DNA of 64,000 nucleotides from Nostoc sp. DedSLP01 (GCA_034530875.2 JAVRCJ020000025.1:49824-113823); one strand, 5' to 3'. Positions 38,249 to 49,031 are shown, counted from the first letter of the stretch. The notes: generated by a model from the sequence alone, not told the origin. Program-made: numbers and translations.

Positions 38249-39109
38249 TCACTTCCCGTAATAAACCCTAGCATTACGGTATCCTATACTCCGCAGATAC
38301 TTATTCCATTCTTGTGCTTGTACTCGGTCAGCGAAAGGCCCTACTGCTACATGCGGGCCTCGTGGTTGCGTTCTTTCGAGGACTCCACCAGATCGTCCTA
38401 AATCTTGGCTGAATCTGGCTAAAGTCTGCCTAAGTTGTTGGGCGATCGCAGGTAACTCTTCTCGAGTCGTGGGAATAGCGACAAAATATCTAGAGACTTG
38501 TTTGGGAGGGTTTAGAGAACGGCGATCGCCATTAAAATTTCTGTTACCTCCATCAACAGAGCTTATTTGTTGGCCGTTATTATTGATAATTTGTGCGCTA
38601 TAAATACCTCGTGACTGTAACTCATAAACTCTTTCTTGGGCGTTAGATACTCTGCTAAAAACTCCTGCTTGAATGACATTACGTCCTTGGTATTGTCGAA
38701 TGTAAGCACTGGGTTCAAGCCGCCGTATTTCTTGTAGAGTTTGGAAATCGCTAGCATCGACAAAAACTGAATAGCGTTCAAAGTTTTGGTTATATTGACT
38801 AAACTGTGCTGGTTGAGAAGGCTGAAAATTTGATTCAGGTTGAGACGGAACCTGTACTGGTTGAGACGGCTGAAAGTTTTGCTCGGGTTGAAAAGTTTGT
38901 GCTGGTTCTGCTGGTGGTAACAACGGTGATTCTTGACCGAAAGGAACTGGCGGTAAAGTATCATCTTCTACTTGTTGAGCCAGTAACAGCTGGTTGTTGG
39001 AAATTTGTGCTTGGGTTGGAGTAGAGTTAGCAAGCACCGCTAAACATCCTCCCAGTAATAAAGAGAAGATGTGAAATCGCATAAATTGACTGAGTATTCT
39101 ACTAGACAT
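38249..39109 (-). CDS. Secreted hypothetical protein with a Q/P-rich linker and SPOR-like domains
   Basis: Signal peptide, NFQPSQP repeats, VIQAGVFS....A, HVAVGPFADR..A..W...LR..G...ARVYY. Confidence 0.7.
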   Translation of the reverse strand: MSSRILSQFMRFHIFSLLLGGCLAVLANSTPTQAQISNNQLLLAQQVEDDTLPPVPFGQESPLLPPAEPAQTFQPEQNFQPSQPVQVPSQPESNFQPSQPAQFSQYNQNFERYSVFVDASDFQTLQEIRRLEPSAYIRQYQGRNVIQAGVFSRVSNAQERVYELQSRGIYSAQIINNNGQQISSVDGGNRNFNGDRRSLNPPKQVSRYFVAIPTTREELPAIAQQLRQTLARFSQDLGRSGGVLERTQPRGPHVAVGPFADRVQAQEWNKYLRSIGYRNARVYYGK

Positions 39110-39365
39110 ATTAGTTAGAAAGTAATCTAAATATTTTCCGGCAATTTCATCAGGAACTAATTAGTTTGCTGTTGTAGCAACTAGATAGCGTTAGTGTTAA
39201 GTTACCTCATTTAAGTTCTAAACAATACATCTGTTACTAATCTTAGATGAGCAAGCGAGTAGCAACTATCATTCGATCGCTGATAAACTGAAGCGCTTTC
39301 CTGGTAAGGCTTTGAAGAGTCTGTGCTACAATTGGACAACCACGCAGATCCCGTGTTGTGTTTGT

Positions 39366-40421
39366 ATGAAAAAAGTCGTCGTTGGTCTTTCTGGTGGTGT
39401 TGACAGTTCCACCGCCGCTGCTATCCTGCAACATCAGGGCTATGAAGTAATTGGTTTGACTCTTTGGCTGATGAAAGGCAAAGGTCAATGTTGTTCTGAA
39501 GGTACCATCGATGCGGCTGTTATCTGCGAACAACTGGGTATTCCCCACGAAGTTGTGGACAGTCGGGATGTCTTCCAAACAAATATTGTCGATTTTTTGG
39601 TGAGTGGTTACAGTGCTGGGATCACGCCTTTGCCTTGTTCTCAGTGTAATAAAAGTGTGAAGTTTGGGCCAATGGTGCAGTATGCCCGGGAAAAATTGGG
39701 ATGCGATCGCATTGCCACCGGTCATTATGCCCGAATTAATTATGATGAAGCTACTGGGCGTTATCAGTTATTACGCGCTGTTGACCGCAATAAAGACCAG
39801 TCTTATTTCCTCTACGATTTGTCTCAAGATTTATTAGAGGCAAGTATATTTCCTTTAGGCGAATTACAAAAAACTGATACTCGTCGCATTGCTGCTGAAT
39901 ATGGTTTACAAACTGCTGATAAACCAGAAAGTCAAGACTTATGCTTAGTGGAAAGTAACGGTTCCATGCGGGCATTTCTGGATAAATATTTAGCTCCCAA
40001 AATCGGAGATATTGTGGATACCACAGGCAAAGTTTTGGGACAGCATGATGGCGTTCATCACTACACAATCGGACAGCGCAAAGGTTTGGGAATTGCTGCC
40101 GAACAACCGTTGTATGTGATTGAATTAGATGCAGTTAATAATCGGGTTGTTGTTGGCGATCGCACTAAGGTAACTCAGCCAGAATGTACTGTAGGGCGAG
40201 TAAATTGGGTTTCTATTGCCGAACCATCTACTCCAATTCACGCCGAAGTACAAATTCGCTATCGTTCCACACCTACACCAGTAACAGTAATTCCTCTGGA
40301 AAACTCCCGCGCGCGTTTGGTATTTGATGAACCCCAATTCAGCATCACACCCGGACAAGCTGCTGTCTGGTATGACGGCGAAAAAGTGTTAGGCGGCGGA
40401 ATTATCGAACAGTTTAACTAA
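39366..40421 (+). CDS. mnmA: tRNA 2-thiouridine(34) synthase MnmA
   Basis: [14 protein letters not shown]...[38 protein letters not shown]. Confidence 0.97.
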   Translation: MKKVVVGLSGGVDSSTAAAILQHQGYEVIGLTLWLMKGKGQCCSEGTIDAAVICEQLGIPHEVVDSRDVFQTNIVDFLVSGYSAGITPLPCSQCNKSVKFGPMVQYAREKLGCDRIATGHYARINYDEATGRYQLLRAVDRNKDQSYFLYDLSQDLLEASIFPLGELQKTDTRRIAAEYGLQTADKPESQDLCLVESNGSMRAFLDKYLAPKIGDIVDTTGKVLGQHDGVHHYTIGQRKGLGIAAEQPLYVIELDAVNNRVVVGDRTKVTQPECTVGRVNWVSIAEPSTPIHAEVQIRYRSTPTPVTVIPLENSRARLVFDEPQFSITPGQAAVWYDGEKVLGGGIIEQFN

Positions 40422-40422
40422 T

Positions 40423-40447
40423 GTAGAGACGTTGCAATGCAACGTCT
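40423..40447. repeat. GTAG REP-like palindrome, possibly a terminator between convergent genes
   Basis: GTAGAGACGTTGCAATGCAACGTCT followed by T run. Confidence 0.7.
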
Positions 40448-40453
40448 TTTTTC

Positions 40454-40786
40454 TTATCGCAACGAATCATCCTCAGAATTGCGATTCTGTAAAATATCCA
40501 AAATGCGCCGATTTTCTGTTTGTAAACCGCGAACTTCTGCTTGCATTTGCAACATATCAGCTCGCATTTCTTGCATATCAGTACGGATGTCTCTAATTTC
40601 AGTGACAATAGTGTTAATTCTACTATTCGTAGAATCAAAGTTACGTTGCATAGTCTCAAAATTACGCTGTATCGTCTCAAAATTGCGTTGATGCTGCGTC
40701 ACAGTTTCTAAAAGGGCGCTGACTGCTAGACGCATATCAATAAGTTGGTCTTCCATGCGATTGATACGATTTTTGTCTTCGGTCAT
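40454..40786 (-). CDS. Small coiled-coil protein with heptad repeats
   Basis: QRNFETI QRNFETM QRNFDST; C-terminal RGLQTENRRILD. Confidence 0.75.
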   Translation of the reverse strand: MTEDKNRINRMEDQLIDMRLAVSALLETVTQHQRNFETIQRNFETMQRNFDSTNSRINTIVTEIRDIRTDMQEMRADMLQMQAEVRGLQTENRRILDILQNRNSEDDSLR

Positions 40787-41043
40787 TTTGACTACTTACG
40801 CCTGAATAATCATAATTTTATTGTATGCGATACTGACTTTCAATTACAGTAGTAATAGTTTGTGTTTTGCAAATATTAATTATGGAAATAAACTTGATTT
40901 TAGTGAATATTTATCGACTATAAATTTAGAGTTTGAGAATGGCGATCGCTCTGATATTTTTAACAAAAATATTTGCTCAAAATCAGCTAAATGTGGCGCG
41001 TACAACCATACATCCCTAGCTATTCAAGCGCAACAACCGAATT

Positions 41044-42393
41044 TTATTGCGGAAGTTGATACACTAATAAATTATCAAATGACACATTACTTCCAGAACT
41101 ACTAAACCCTACACGTCCTGATATCGGCATATTAGTTGTTGCTTGTCCGATTAACTTACTATTCTTCCACACATCAATCCTAGACCCTACTTGTTTGAGT
41201 TCAAGACGATCCCATTTGCTAGCCTGTATTGGTGAAGTAAATATTGCAAGCGTTGTTAAAGCTCCATTTTTCACAGTAAATATTCCATTAGAGCCTCTAC
41301 GATTAACTAAACTAAAATTTATATAAGAAAAATTCTTTAAATCTTTATTATTAAAGACTATTGAATAATCTCCTGCACTACTAGGAGAGTTAACTTGAGC
41401 ATCTACTTTTAAATTGAAATTAGTAGGAATAGTTTTTTGATTAAGAGTGAGGTTAGTAGTCACCGATCCGTTTGATTGTACGGGCGATACAAGATCGTAA
41501 CGTCCTAAACGGCGAAGCCATGCCCCTCCTGTTATGACCTTAAACCGATCTATTGTGGAAGTAAATGGATCTGTGATGTAGAGAGTACCGACGGTACTAA
41601 TCTTCGCGTAACTTGAGTCTTTAAAACCAACTCGAACATCATCAATATAAAGTACTCGAGTATTTAACTTTGAAGCTTGAGGTTTGATTTTCCAATCGTA
41701 TTTATAAATTCCAAATTTTAAATAAGGATAGAGATCGTCATGATAGCGATTAGGGCCTACTTGATTAACCTTCTTAACACCATCCCGCCATAATTCAATT
41801 AATCCGCTACCGTCAAGTGCCCATCGAATATGAACAACAATATTTGTCCAACGATTAAGCTCGATATCTCCTAAATCGTACCTTAATTGACCATCAAATT
41901 TGTTCAAATCACCAATTTTTTTCAGCTGCCATCGATTTGTAAGATAAATTCTGTTATTTGAAACCCATAAATTAAGCGATGGCATTTGCCAAGGCTCCCC
42001 TTTATCGGGAAGATCGTGCCACTGGGCGATCAGTTCGCGAGACTCCTCAGGTGTGTAGTCTTGTGGAAACAGATAATTAAGGTTAAACCACATCTCTTGC
42101 TGCAAAGGAAAAGCTGTTTTTGCTTCCACTCTTCTACTTGTTGCTACATCAGGATCGGTTCTTCTAAGCTCAAATCGCGCTCCGTAACTTCCACGCCGAG
42201 TAATTATAGGTACTGTAGAGAATGAATGAGAACAACAAGATTCAAGCTTTAGGCTACTACCTAAACCGTTTTCAAAATCACCATTAAAGGACGGTGGTAG
42301 TTGGGCAACTGCTAAATCTTGAGCAGTTAAAAAAGAGAGTGCGATCGCAAATGTACGCAAGTAGTTAAGAGAGGTTAAGCGTAAAGTATTCAT
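41044..42393 (-). CDS. Secreted polysaccharide lyase-like protein (PL20/heparin lyase I-like beta-jelly-roll) with a C-terminal beta-sandwich (DUF1080-like) domain
   Basis: Signal peptide; RFELR...RRVE, IAQWH, G.IELWRDG, PYLKFGIYK, YIDDV; C-terminal GRVGF...VSFDNL. Confidence 0.75.
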   Translation of the reverse strand: MNTLRLTSLNYLRTFAIALSFLTAQDLAVAQLPPSFNGDFENGLGSSLKLESCCSHSFSTVPIITRRGSYGARFELRRTDPDVATSRRVEAKTAFPLQQEMWFNLNYLFPQDYTPEESRELIAQWHDLPDKGEPWQMPSLNLWVSNNRIYLTNRWQLKKIGDLNKFDGQLRYDLGDIELNRWTNIVVHIRWALDGSGLIELWRDGVKKVNQVGPNRYHDDLYPYLKFGIYKYDWKIKPQASKLNTRVLYIDDVRVGFKDSSYAKISTVGTLYITDPFTSTIDRFKVITGGAWLRRLGRYDLVSPVQSNGSVTTNLTLNQKTIPTNFNLKVDAQVNSPSSAGDYSIVFNNKDLKNFSYINFSLVNRRGSNGIFTVKNGALTTLAIFTSPIQASKWDRLELKQVGSRIDVWKNSKLIGQATTNMPISGRVGFSSSGSNVSFDNLLVYQLPQ

Positions 42394-42721
42394 ATACTAC
42401 CTTTTGTTGTACGGTTTGAATTTTAGTGATATTACCACGGTATCTGTGCTAATTTAAGCTGACTTTTTACGGATATCAGGTAGATGCAATCGCATTGCAG
42501 AGCGATGTATTGGAAATTTTGAGCTTGCGAACTGGGAACACACAAATGAGAACTTGGAATGTTGCATAAGAGTCTATAACTTTTGCGTACACATTATCTG
42601 CTTGTAAGAAAAGCCAAAATAGATATATTTTGTACACACATGGATACTAGTTTCCCAAAGTTTGATAGAAGTAGTGTTATCCATGATTGTCATAATTAAA
42701 ACAACTGACTCTCAATCATCA

Positions 42722-44284
42722 ATGGTGAACTCTACCCTTGTTCTCACACTCTATGTCAACCCGATAACAGGGAATGATAGCAATATCGGTTCCCGGTTAA
42801 GCCCGTTTAAAAGCCTGACTCGTGCTTTAAAAGTAACTAAAATCTCCACAATCATTCATTTAGCATCTGGGACTTACAGCGCCGCTACTGGCGAAGTATT
42901 TCCGCTAATTATTCATGAAGGAGTGAAGGTAGTAGGAAATGAAGCTAACAAAGGTGCGGAGATTGTAATTTTCGGTAGTGGCCAGTATCACAGTCCCAGC
43001 TTTAGGGTACAAAATATCGCGCTACTGTTGTTAGAAAATGCCTGTCTTGTAGGTGTAACTGTCACTAATTATTCAACAAAAGGTACTGGTGTTTGGATTG
43101 AATCGGCTGAACCTACTTTAGCCAACAATACTTTAAGTAAGTGTGGGCGAGAAGGTGTGTTTACCAGTGGTGCTGCTAAACCAACAATTTTAGATAATGT
43201 TTTTATACATAATGCTGCCAGTGGGTTAGTGATGGCAGGTCATAGCCAAGGCGAAGTATTGGGGAATGTATTTCAAAGAAACCGCTTAGGAATAGCAATT
43301 AGTGACTTTGCAACTCCAACGATCGCCAACAATAAATTATCAGAAAATGGCACGGCGATCGCCCTTTCTCGCAACGCCCGTCCTGTGCTACGTCAAAATC
43401 TCATGACCAAAAATTCTCAAGGCGGTCTTTTGGTAAATGGCAATGCAGCCCCCGATTTAGGTAGCAGCGAAAATCCGGCTGAGAATATTTTTCGTGATAA
43501 TGGTGGATTTGATTTACACAATCTGACTACACAAAAGCTTGTTTGTGCGGGTAATCAGTTAAATCCTGCTTTAGTTAAAGGCTTGGTGGAATTGCTGGAG
43601 GAGGAAAAGGACAAAGGGAATTTATTAGAAACCCTCTCTGTATCTTCTTCTGTCTCCGCATCCCTCCGTCCCCCAATCTCTGCGTCTTCTTCTGTTTCTG
43701 CGTCTGTTGAAGTTGATAGCCATTGGGCAGAACCATTCATTCAGGCATTGGTGAGTATGGATTTAACTCACGATTTTGCCGATGGTAACTACCAACTAGA
43801 TAAACCGATGACTCGCGCTGAATATGCGGCTTTGGTGGCGGTTGCTTTTAAGCCCACTGCTAAACGCCCGGCACCAGATTTTGTAGACGTGCCTAAGGAT
43901 TTTTGGGCGTATAATGCCATCCAAATGACCGCTAGGGGTGGCTTTGTCGGCGGATTTACCGATCGCACTTTTCGCCCCCATCAACATGTCAAACGGCTAC
44001 AAGTGATTGTATCTTTAGTTAACGGGCTGGGGCTACCACAGGCTGATAACAATATTTTAGAAGTGTATAGCGATCGCCATAGCATTCCCGAATATGCCGA
44101 AAAAGCTGTTGCTACTGCAACGCATAAAAGAATAATCGTCAATTATCCAGACCCGAAACTGCTTGCACCTTTACGTCCGGCAACATACGCTGAAGTTGCA
44201 GCAATGGTTTATCAGGCGTTAGTCGCCATTGGGCAAACGCCTGCAATTAAATCAGCGAACAGTAAACAGCTATCAGCGATTTAG
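42722..44284 (+). CDS. DUF1565 (parallel beta-helix) + S-layer homology domain protein
   Basis: LYVNP.TGND...SPFKSLTRAL, GEVFPL, beta-helix repeats; SLH motifs HWAEPFI, MTRAEYAAL, FVDVPKDFWAY. Confidence 0.88.
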   Translation: MVNSTLVLTLYVNPITGNDSNIGSRLSPFKSLTRALKVTKISTIIHLASGTYSAATGEVFPLIIHEGVKVVGNEANKGAEIVIFGSGQYHSPSFRVQNIALLLLENACLVGVTVTNYSTKGTGVWIESAEPTLANNTLSKCGREGVFTSGAAKPTILDNVFIHNAASGLVMAGHSQGEVLGNVFQRNRLGIAISDFATPTIANNKLSENGTAIALSRNARPVLRQNLMTKNSQGGLLVNGNAAPDLGSSENPAENIFRDNGGFDLHNLTTQKLVCAGNQLNPALVKGLVELLEEEKDKGNLLETLSVSSSVSASLRPPISASSSVSASVEVDSHWAEPFIQALVSMDLTHDFADGNYQLDKPMTRAEYAALVAVAFKPTAKRPAPDFVDVPKDFWAYNAIQMTARGGFVGGFTDRTFRPHQHVKRLQVIVSLVNGLGLPQADNNILEVYSDRHSIPEYAEKAVATATHKRIIVNYPDPKLLAPLRPATYAEVAAMVYQALVAIGQTPAIKSANSKQLSAI

Positions 44285-44324
44285 TGAGGGATTTATACAG
44301 CTTGAAGTTTGGATACAATGCAAG

Positions 44325-44352
44325 GTAGGGGTATACAGCTGTGTACTCTTAC
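44325..44352. repeat. GTAG REP-like palindrome
   Basis: GTAGGGGTATACAGCTGTGTACTCTTAC. Confidence 0.65.
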
Positions 44353-44793
44353 TGCTGTATTCTAGGTAATTAAAAACTGGCTTGAAAATGGTGTAAAGTG
44401 TGGGGAACCCTTTAATTAAAATCAGGGGTTTCAAGTAAGGACGTCGTATTTCTCGCACAAGCGTGCCTGGAAACGATCTTTTTCTTTTTCCATACTTGAA
44501 AGCAGGGGCTTGTATCTATCTATTATTCAGAGAACCAATTCTTTTCTCTTACACCCCAAACCTGCGCCGAAGGGGTCTGTCAATCGCCGAACAATGGGCG
44601 GTGAAGACTACTGAGTAATAACAATAACTGTTAAATCACTCTATAGACTCTTGCATTTAAGCAGTTGACAAGTAGAATGGGAAACACTGCCTATCGGCTT
44701 GAAACTCTGGAAAACACCATGTAGTTAAAAGCACGATAGGCTATATGCGATGGGTGAAAAATCTTAGACCTATTGCCGAAAGCTAACAGCCTC

Positions 44794-45513
44794 ATGTTAA
44801 CAACACTTCCAGAAACCTCTGCTAATTTAGCGATCGCCTTATTAATTCACTATAGTTTCGATCTCAGTGGGTATACTGCCAATGAGCTAGTTGAACGTTG
44901 GCAAGCGCAATACCCACCGAATTGGCTACATCTGGCAGTGATTGAAGCACTATATCAAGGTCGTTATAAAGCGGTTTCCGTGCAACAAATCTTAGTATTT
45001 TGGCAACGTCGAGAACAGCCTACATATCATTTCAATATGGAATTTGAACGGATGATTTGTAGTAAGTTTCCTCAAAGCTTAACCACATCGGCTGCACCAA
45101 TGCTACCGCCAATCAAGAAAAACCCGACTTTTGAGAAAGTAACAAAACCTCAATTACCATATCGCAAAGTTAGCAATGGTTATCAAAAAAGTAATACTAC
45201 AACTTTACAACTGAACGGTTACGAACAAAAGACATCTTTAGATGCAGTAAACAAGCAGGAAATTAGGGAAAATAAAAGCGCCCTCCAGTCTACCGCTACT
45301 AGCGAATCACCTGCTTTAGCAAAGCTTCAGTTACCGCCTGCTGTCAGTCAAAAGCAAACTTTACCAGAAAGTGCGCCACCAGTCTTAGAAGAACAGCCAA
45401 AACTCCTACCACCTGCTATTCGTCCCCCAATAGAGCAATTTATCCCAGAAAAAAGCGATCGCTCCGAGTCTTTCACGTCTAAACTCAAAGCAATGTCTGG
45501 GGAACAGGGGTAG
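44794..45513 (+). CDS. ftn6: Probable cyanobacterial cell-division protein Ftn6 (N-terminal DnaD-like domain + disordered tail)
   Basis: LLIHYSFDL...W..LAVIEALYQGRYKAVSVQQIL..W N-domain, P/S/Q-rich tail, C-terminal F.SKLKA. Confidence 0.6.
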   Translation: MLTTLPETSANLAIALLIHYSFDLSGYTANELVERWQAQYPPNWLHLAVIEALYQGRYKAVSVQQILVFWQRREQPTYHFNMEFERMICSKFPQSLTTSAAPMLPPIKKNPTFEKVTKPQLPYRKVSNGYQKSNTTTLQLNGYEQKTSLDAVNKQEIRENKSALQSTATSESPALAKLQLPPAVSQKQTLPESAPPVLEEQPKLLPPAIRPPIEQFIPEKSDRSESFTSKLKAMSGEQG

Positions 45514-45649
45514 GGAGTGGGGAGATGGGGAGATGGGGACACAGGCACAAGGAGAAATAATTCTTAACTTTTAACTCCTCACTTAAGATTCAACAGTCAA
45601 AAATATTTCAGTGAAGCATACAAATTACTTCTGAATTCTGACTTCTGTT

Positions 45650-47695
45650 TTACGCTGTAATTAATTGCTGAAAGCGGGGATCGTTAGCGATATCATCAAA
45701 ATCTAGGTCGCTTGCTGCTTCTTCTTTGTATCTGGGATTAATTTCAATTGCTTGTTTAAGAGTTTGCAGAGATAGTTCTATTTGTCTTTGGAGTGCGTAA
45801 CAGGCTGCTTTGTTGTAATAAGCGCTGGCATAATTTGGCTTAATTTCTAATGCTTTGTTAAAACTAGCGATCGCTTCATCATCGCGTCCCAGTCTCACCA
45901 AAGTATAGCCGTATTTATCCCAGATTTTCGGGGAATTCGGTTGTAATTCTAGAGCTTTTTCAAAACATATTATTGCCTCTTCATATTGTTCTAGTGCTAT
46001 TAAGGAAAGACCGCGATTCAACCAAGCAACTGCATCATCAGGCTTGATTTGCGTAGCTTTCTCAAATGAATCAAAGGCTTGCTGATGCTGTTGTAAATAA
46101 CCAAAAGCGACGCCGCGATCGCACCAAGCTTGATGATATTCTGGTTGAATTTGAATAGCTCGGTCGTAAGAGGCGATCGCATCTTTGTAGCGTTTTAATC
46201 TTGCGAAAGTTAAGCCACGTTTTAGCCAAATAAGAGGGTCATCTGATTGAATTTTAACTGCTTGGTTGTAAATGGCGATCGCATCTTCATAACGTCTTTC
46301 TGAAAACAGTACATCTGCCTCTTTTACATACTCCTCAGCAGTAAATTCTGGTTGTTCTGGTTGTGCTTCTTTAACTTCAGAATTTTCCCTCTCTGAAATC
46401 GATCCAGATGTCATCTCAACCAATTCTTCAAGAAGGATATCTTTCCTTTGTTGGGCATCCAATTTTAACTTAGATAGCTGAGAAACAAACTCTGATTCTA
46501 ACTTTTCTAGCTTCTCTAAAATCAGTACTTTTTGCTCTTGAACATTCAATTCTAATTCCGTAAATTGCGAAGTAAAATTCTCGCCAGACTTGGCAAGATT
46601 ACCAATTATTAACTCTTTATATATTTTGGCATCTAATTGTAATTGAGATAATTCAGCATTAAACTCCGATTGCAATCCTGCTAGATTTTCAATAAGTTTA
46701 TTTTTTTGTTCTTGAGCATCAGTCTGCAACTCATATAATTGAGATGTTAATTGATTATCTAACTTCTCAAACGTGAGATTTTTATGTTGTTGAACATCTA
46801 TTTCTAACTGAGATAATTGGGAAGCAAATTCTAACTGCAATTTTGTTAAACTCTCAACAATGATATCCTTTTGCTGTTGGGCATCAGATTGCCATCTAGA
46901 AATCTGAGATATTAACTCAGACTTTGATAATTCTAGATCGGCAACAGCTAGCTCTTGCTGTTGTTGTAACAGCAACTTCAAATTAGACAGTTCTTCAGAC
47001 AAAGTAGATACTAAATTTTTAGTATTTTCTAGCGCTAAATCACTTTGTTTTTGAGCCTCCAACTCTAACTTAGATAAGCCAGAAGCAAATTTCGATTCTA
47101 AAGAACCTATATTTTCTTGAGACTTTTGAATTTCAGCTTCTAACCTATTTAATATCTGTGTTTTAACTAAATCAATATCAGATGTGACAACAGATAAACT
47201 TTCTGCTTGATTTTTAATTTTTTCTTGGAGGGTTTCAGCTTCTTGTTCTAAGTCATAATTTCTTTTTCTAACTTCTTGAATCAGATTTTCTGCCTCTTGT
47301 TTAACAGAGGTAAGCTGATTTTGTAAATTTTCTACTCCCTCTAATTGTTGCATCGCTCTATCAACAATTTCGCGGATGACAGCTCGTCGCAATAGCCAAA
47401 TTAAAGCAATAACAGCCAACGGAATTAAACTTAATATAACTAGCCAAATATTGATTAAAATAGTTGTACGGCTAAAAGCCCTCTGCAAATCAGATTGAAC
47501 TTGCTTTTCAGCTCGTAGTCGCGTTAATTCTTCGCGTTCTTGGTTTGATAACACCCCAGCAGGAGTAGTTGGTTTGAGTGATGGTGTGGATTGCGCGCTA
47601 GCAATACTAGCAGGTAGTAGTAAAGGTAAGAAGATAATAGCGCTTTTTACAAATAAAGCGAAAATAGCTTGATTTTTGCTCTTCATAACAACCAT
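45650..47695 (-). CDS. Membrane-anchored long coiled-coil + TPR protein
   Basis: Signal peptide, one TM, ~29-aa helical repeats (EFxSQLSxL), TPRs (AIASYDRAIQIQPE), YYNKAACYA C-terminal cap. Confidence 0.85.
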   Translation of the reverse strand: MVVMKSKNQAIFALFVKSAIIFLPLLLPASIASAQSTPSLKPTTPAGVLSNQEREELTRLRAEKQVQSDLQRAFSRTTILINIWLVILSLIPLAVIALIWLLRRAVIREIVDRAMQQLEGVENLQNQLTSVKQEAENLIQEVRKRNYDLEQEAETLQEKIKNQAESLSVVTSDIDLVKTQILNRLEAEIQKSQENIGSLESKFASGLSKLELEAQKQSDLALENTKNLVSTLSEELSNLKLLLQQQQELAVADLELSKSELISQISRWQSDAQQQKDIIVESLTKLQLEFASQLSQLEIDVQQHKNLTFEKLDNQLTSQLYELQTDAQEQKNKLIENLAGLQSEFNAELSQLQLDAKIYKELIIGNLAKSGENFTSQFTELELNVQEQKVLILEKLEKLESEFVSQLSKLKLDAQQRKDILLEELVEMTSGSISERENSEVKEAQPEQPEFTAEEYVKEADVLFSERRYEDAIAIYNQAVKIQSDDPLIWLKRGLTFARLKRYKDAIASYDRAIQIQPEYHQAWCDRGVAFGYLQQHQQAFDSFEKATQIKPDDAVAWLNRGLSLIALEQYEEAIICFEKALELQPNSPKIWDKYGYTLVRLGRDDEAIASFNKALEIKPNYASAYYNKAACYALQRQIELSLQTLKQAIEINPRYKEEAASDLDFDDIANDPRFQQLITA

Positions 47696-48049
47696 CTCAA
47701 TCTTTTGGCCAGTTTTTGAAGCGGCGTGCTTCTCTCCAATCTATAACAAAATTAAGTAGCAATCTGGTGAAATATACTAAAGAGTAGGCATTAAGTCGAG
47801 CCTGTAACAAATTTTCTCTCAGTAGCTACCTCTTTTGGAGTATTTATTTTTTTACATTATCTACTTAAAGCAGATTACTTTGGCTACAATTAATCAAAAT
47901 AGCGTCAAGGCTTGAGTATGTATAATTCAGTTGTGTATTAAAGTATGAGTGGCGGATAAATAAATGGTGAAACATCACCCCATTTTGAATTTGCTATACT
48001 CTTGATTCTGGATTCCGAATTTTTCTGCAATTAAAAAAGGCGGTAGAAA

Positions 48050-48310
48050 ATGAGTCGCATAAATCCTTATACGTTGCAAATGCAAATTACTCGAATGTTT
48101 GAGCAGGGACAATCATTCTTTGCCACAACCAAAGTACAAGAATGGTTGAAAGAGCGCAAACACAATCCACTAGATTATGACATTATTTTCCATCAAAAAC
48201 CTGCACCTCCTGGTTCAAAACAAGTGATAGCTGTAGAGATTGAATTACGCCGCAAGGATGGACAACCTGTAGATCCCTGGTTGCAAGAACAAGCGAATCT
48301 TCATGCGTAA
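48050..48310 (+). CDS. Conserved hypothetical cyanobacterial protein, 86 aa
   Basis: ATG start after AAGG; globular-looking sequence ending IELRRKDGQPVDPWLQ. Confidence 0.7.
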   Translation: MSRINPYTLQMQITRMFEQGQSFFATTKVQEWLKERKHNPLDYDIIFHQKPAPPGSKQVIAVEIELRRKDGQPVDPWLQEQANLHA

Positions 48311-48638
48311 GCTGATTTTGGATTTGAGACATTTTGCTTTTTGTGTAGCACGCTCCAGGCGCAGAGAACGCAAAAGAAATCTAATCATTTTTAAAATTCG
48401 TAAAATTTACATTATCTTAACGGAATTTACGAAAATCAAGCGTTCCCAATTGCGGAACGTTCTTTGTTATGTTTGTAGTAATTATGCAAGTATTCAGAAG
48501 TCAGAATTTAGAATGCTTGGAAAATCAAGCGTGTTATGGTTTATTCGCTTTTTGAAACCGATCGAACTTGGTATCTAAGCCTTATTAATTCTGAATTATA
48601 GATTCTGAATTTTGACAATACTGTTTCCAGTGATAAAA

Positions 48639-49031
48639 ATGAAATCTAATCGGCATTGGGTTTTGGCATTTTGGTTTTACTTTGGTGTTTTAATGTCCAT
48701 TTCTATCTCAGCCTACTTAAAAATCATCCCAACTGAAATCTCACAATTTCCATATTACGATACCATTTTGCATTTTTTGTTGCTAGGAATCGCTGCTTAC
48801 TTGGGACATCTAGCATTAAACAAACGTAAAATCCAAATTTTTAATATTTCTCTGCCGTTGACACCCTTCATTATCATCTTTTTTTGTATCATTGACGAAA
48901 TAATTCAATTCTTTGTACCATATCGCAGCTTTGATTTGGTTGACTTAGTGGCTGATGTGTGCGGTATTGTATTATTTACTTGGTTAGCAGAAAGACAAAA
49001 TCTACATAAATCTGAAAAAAATCAAATTTGA
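48639..49031 (+). CDS. VanZ family membrane protein
   Basis: D..LHF, DEIIQFFVPYRSFDLVDLVAD..G. Confidence 0.85.
   Translation: MKSNRHWVLAFWFYFGVLMSISISAYLKIIPTEISQFPYYDTILHFLLLGIAAYLGHLALNKRKIQIFNISLPLTPFIIIFFCIIDEIIQFFVPYRSFDLVDLVADVCGIVLFTWLAERQNLHKSEKNQI

Noticed and set aside
39243..39725. 160-aa minus-strand ORF opposite mnmA
   Set aside because: Antisense shadow of a conserved gene.
40821..41105. 94-aa plus-strand ORF
   Set aside because: TTG start, AT-rich, and overlaps the 3' end of the lyase gene on the opposite strand.
48303..48578. 91-aa ORF overlapping the stop of the 86-aa gene
   Set aside because: Composition looks like translated intergenic and repeat DNA (cagaatt units); no recognisable motif.
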